Below, one piece after another: positions 24,526 to 25,184 of a stretch of DNA of 25,184 bases. A model generated the notes under the pieces. That model saw only the letters and a program-made list of their open reading frames with translations. It ran no database searches and had not been told where the DNA came from. The stretch's first letter is position 1. Every line of letters starts with the position of its first letter. Origin of the DNA: a virus (Duplodnaviria; Caudoviricetes); IMG/VR virus record IMGVR_UViG_3300032073_000228, positions 1-25,184 of that record, one strand, 5' to 3'. A program made the translations under genes and the position numbers.

Positions 24526-25184
24526 TTGATACAAGAAACCAACACTGGTAGTGGTCTTATTGCCAGCACAGTAGATGCACATTTACGCCATGAACGTGAG
24601 CAGGAAGGTAAAAGACCTACTGCTTTCGGTACTGCTTTACGTGGTTCCCAGGCGTATAATTGTGCGAGGAAGATCGGATTTGAAATGGCGCAAGTCAGAG
24701 AATCCGAAGAGTTTCCTTATGAAACTTTGATTGCTTTTCATCTTGGTCAAGCAATGCACGAAAAGGTACAAGAATCTTTAGCAGGAATGTGGGAAGATTT
24801 TGAAGCTGAAGCTCCTGTTGATCTGCGACCTTTTGGTTATGACATTAGTGGTCATGCCGATGGGTTGTTCACAATAGGTGACAAGAAGTACGTTTTAGAA
24901 TTGAAAACGATGACAGCTTTCCCTTTCAAGCTGGCGTTAAAAGGTGAAGGCACAACCACTGACTCACCTAAGATTGAACACATCCTTCAAGCAGGTATTT
25001 ATGCTTACGGGTTGGAAGCTGATGGCATCCAACTCGTTTACATTTCTAAAGATGCTTCATACAGAGATGGTGTTAAACCTGGTATGACTTTAGAATTTCG
25101 TTTCGACATGGATGATGTTGTTCCTTCTGTCAATATAACTGTTAGAGAATTAGTTGAACAAGAACTAAGCAGGCTTAATATAAT
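24526..25184 (+). CDS. Cas4-like / RecB-family PD-(D/E)XK exonuclease (3'-truncated; not in ORF track)
   Basis: TTG start after GAGGGGG; own translation gives LRGSQAYNCARK, GQAMHEKVQ, ISGHADG, VLELKT, HILQAGIYAYG; open to the window end. Confidence 0.85.
   Translation, partial: MIQETNTGSGLIASTVDAHLRHEREQEGKRPTAFGTALRGSQAYNCARKIGFEMAQVRESEEFPYETLIAFHLGQAMHEKVQESLAGMWEDFEAEAPVDLRPFGYDISGHADGLFTIGDKKYVLELKTMTAFPFKLALKGEGTTTDSPKIEHILQAGIYAYGLEADGIQLVYISKDASYRDGVKPGMTLEFRFDMDDVVPSVNITVRELVEQELSRLNI

Noticed and set aside
24383-25184. CRISPR-Cas locus suggested by the Cas4-like gene
   Set aside because: No repeat-spacer array or other cas genes in the window
1-25184. Stop-codon reassignment or introns/inteins
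   Set aside because: Standard code gives dense, full-length genes using TAA, TAG and TGA as stops; no interrupted conserved genes or intein/homing motifs seen

Overview
This window is the morphogenesis/late region of a tailed dsDNA phage (Caudoviricetes), with all genes on the + strand and most tightly coupled (TAATG/ATGA overlaps). Gene order: terminase large subunit (3' part), portal, a small protein, four probable internal virion/ejection proteins (1760, 288, 636, 543 aa), a structured intergenic leader, scaffold, major capsid protein, a fibre/adhesin cassette including a 6-bladed Kelch-like propeller, amidase endolysin, a repeat-rich structural protein, head-tail adaptor, tail nozzle, metallophosphoesterase, holin and a hairpin. 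A strong sigma70-type promoter then opens a new module with a Cas4-like PD-(D/E)XK nuclease that runs off the window. No tape measure or major tail tube/sheath gene is visible, which suggests a podovirus-like virion. The holin type, PTTTTTTV repeats and a leaderless-type promoter hint at an actinobacterial (possibly Acidimicrobiia) host; this is inference. The most interesting signals are: (1) a putative modular fibre-assembly system, in which ~22-aa strand repeats are mimicked by a small protein and a Tyr motif is shared by two structural proteins; (2) a structured scaffold-gene leader with an anti-SD pseudoknot and an upstream palindrome; (3) a missed 14-aa basic micropeptide; (4) block-wise alternation of third-codon-position T/G versus A/C bias. 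All product calls come from motif recognition and synteny by eye, not database searches.
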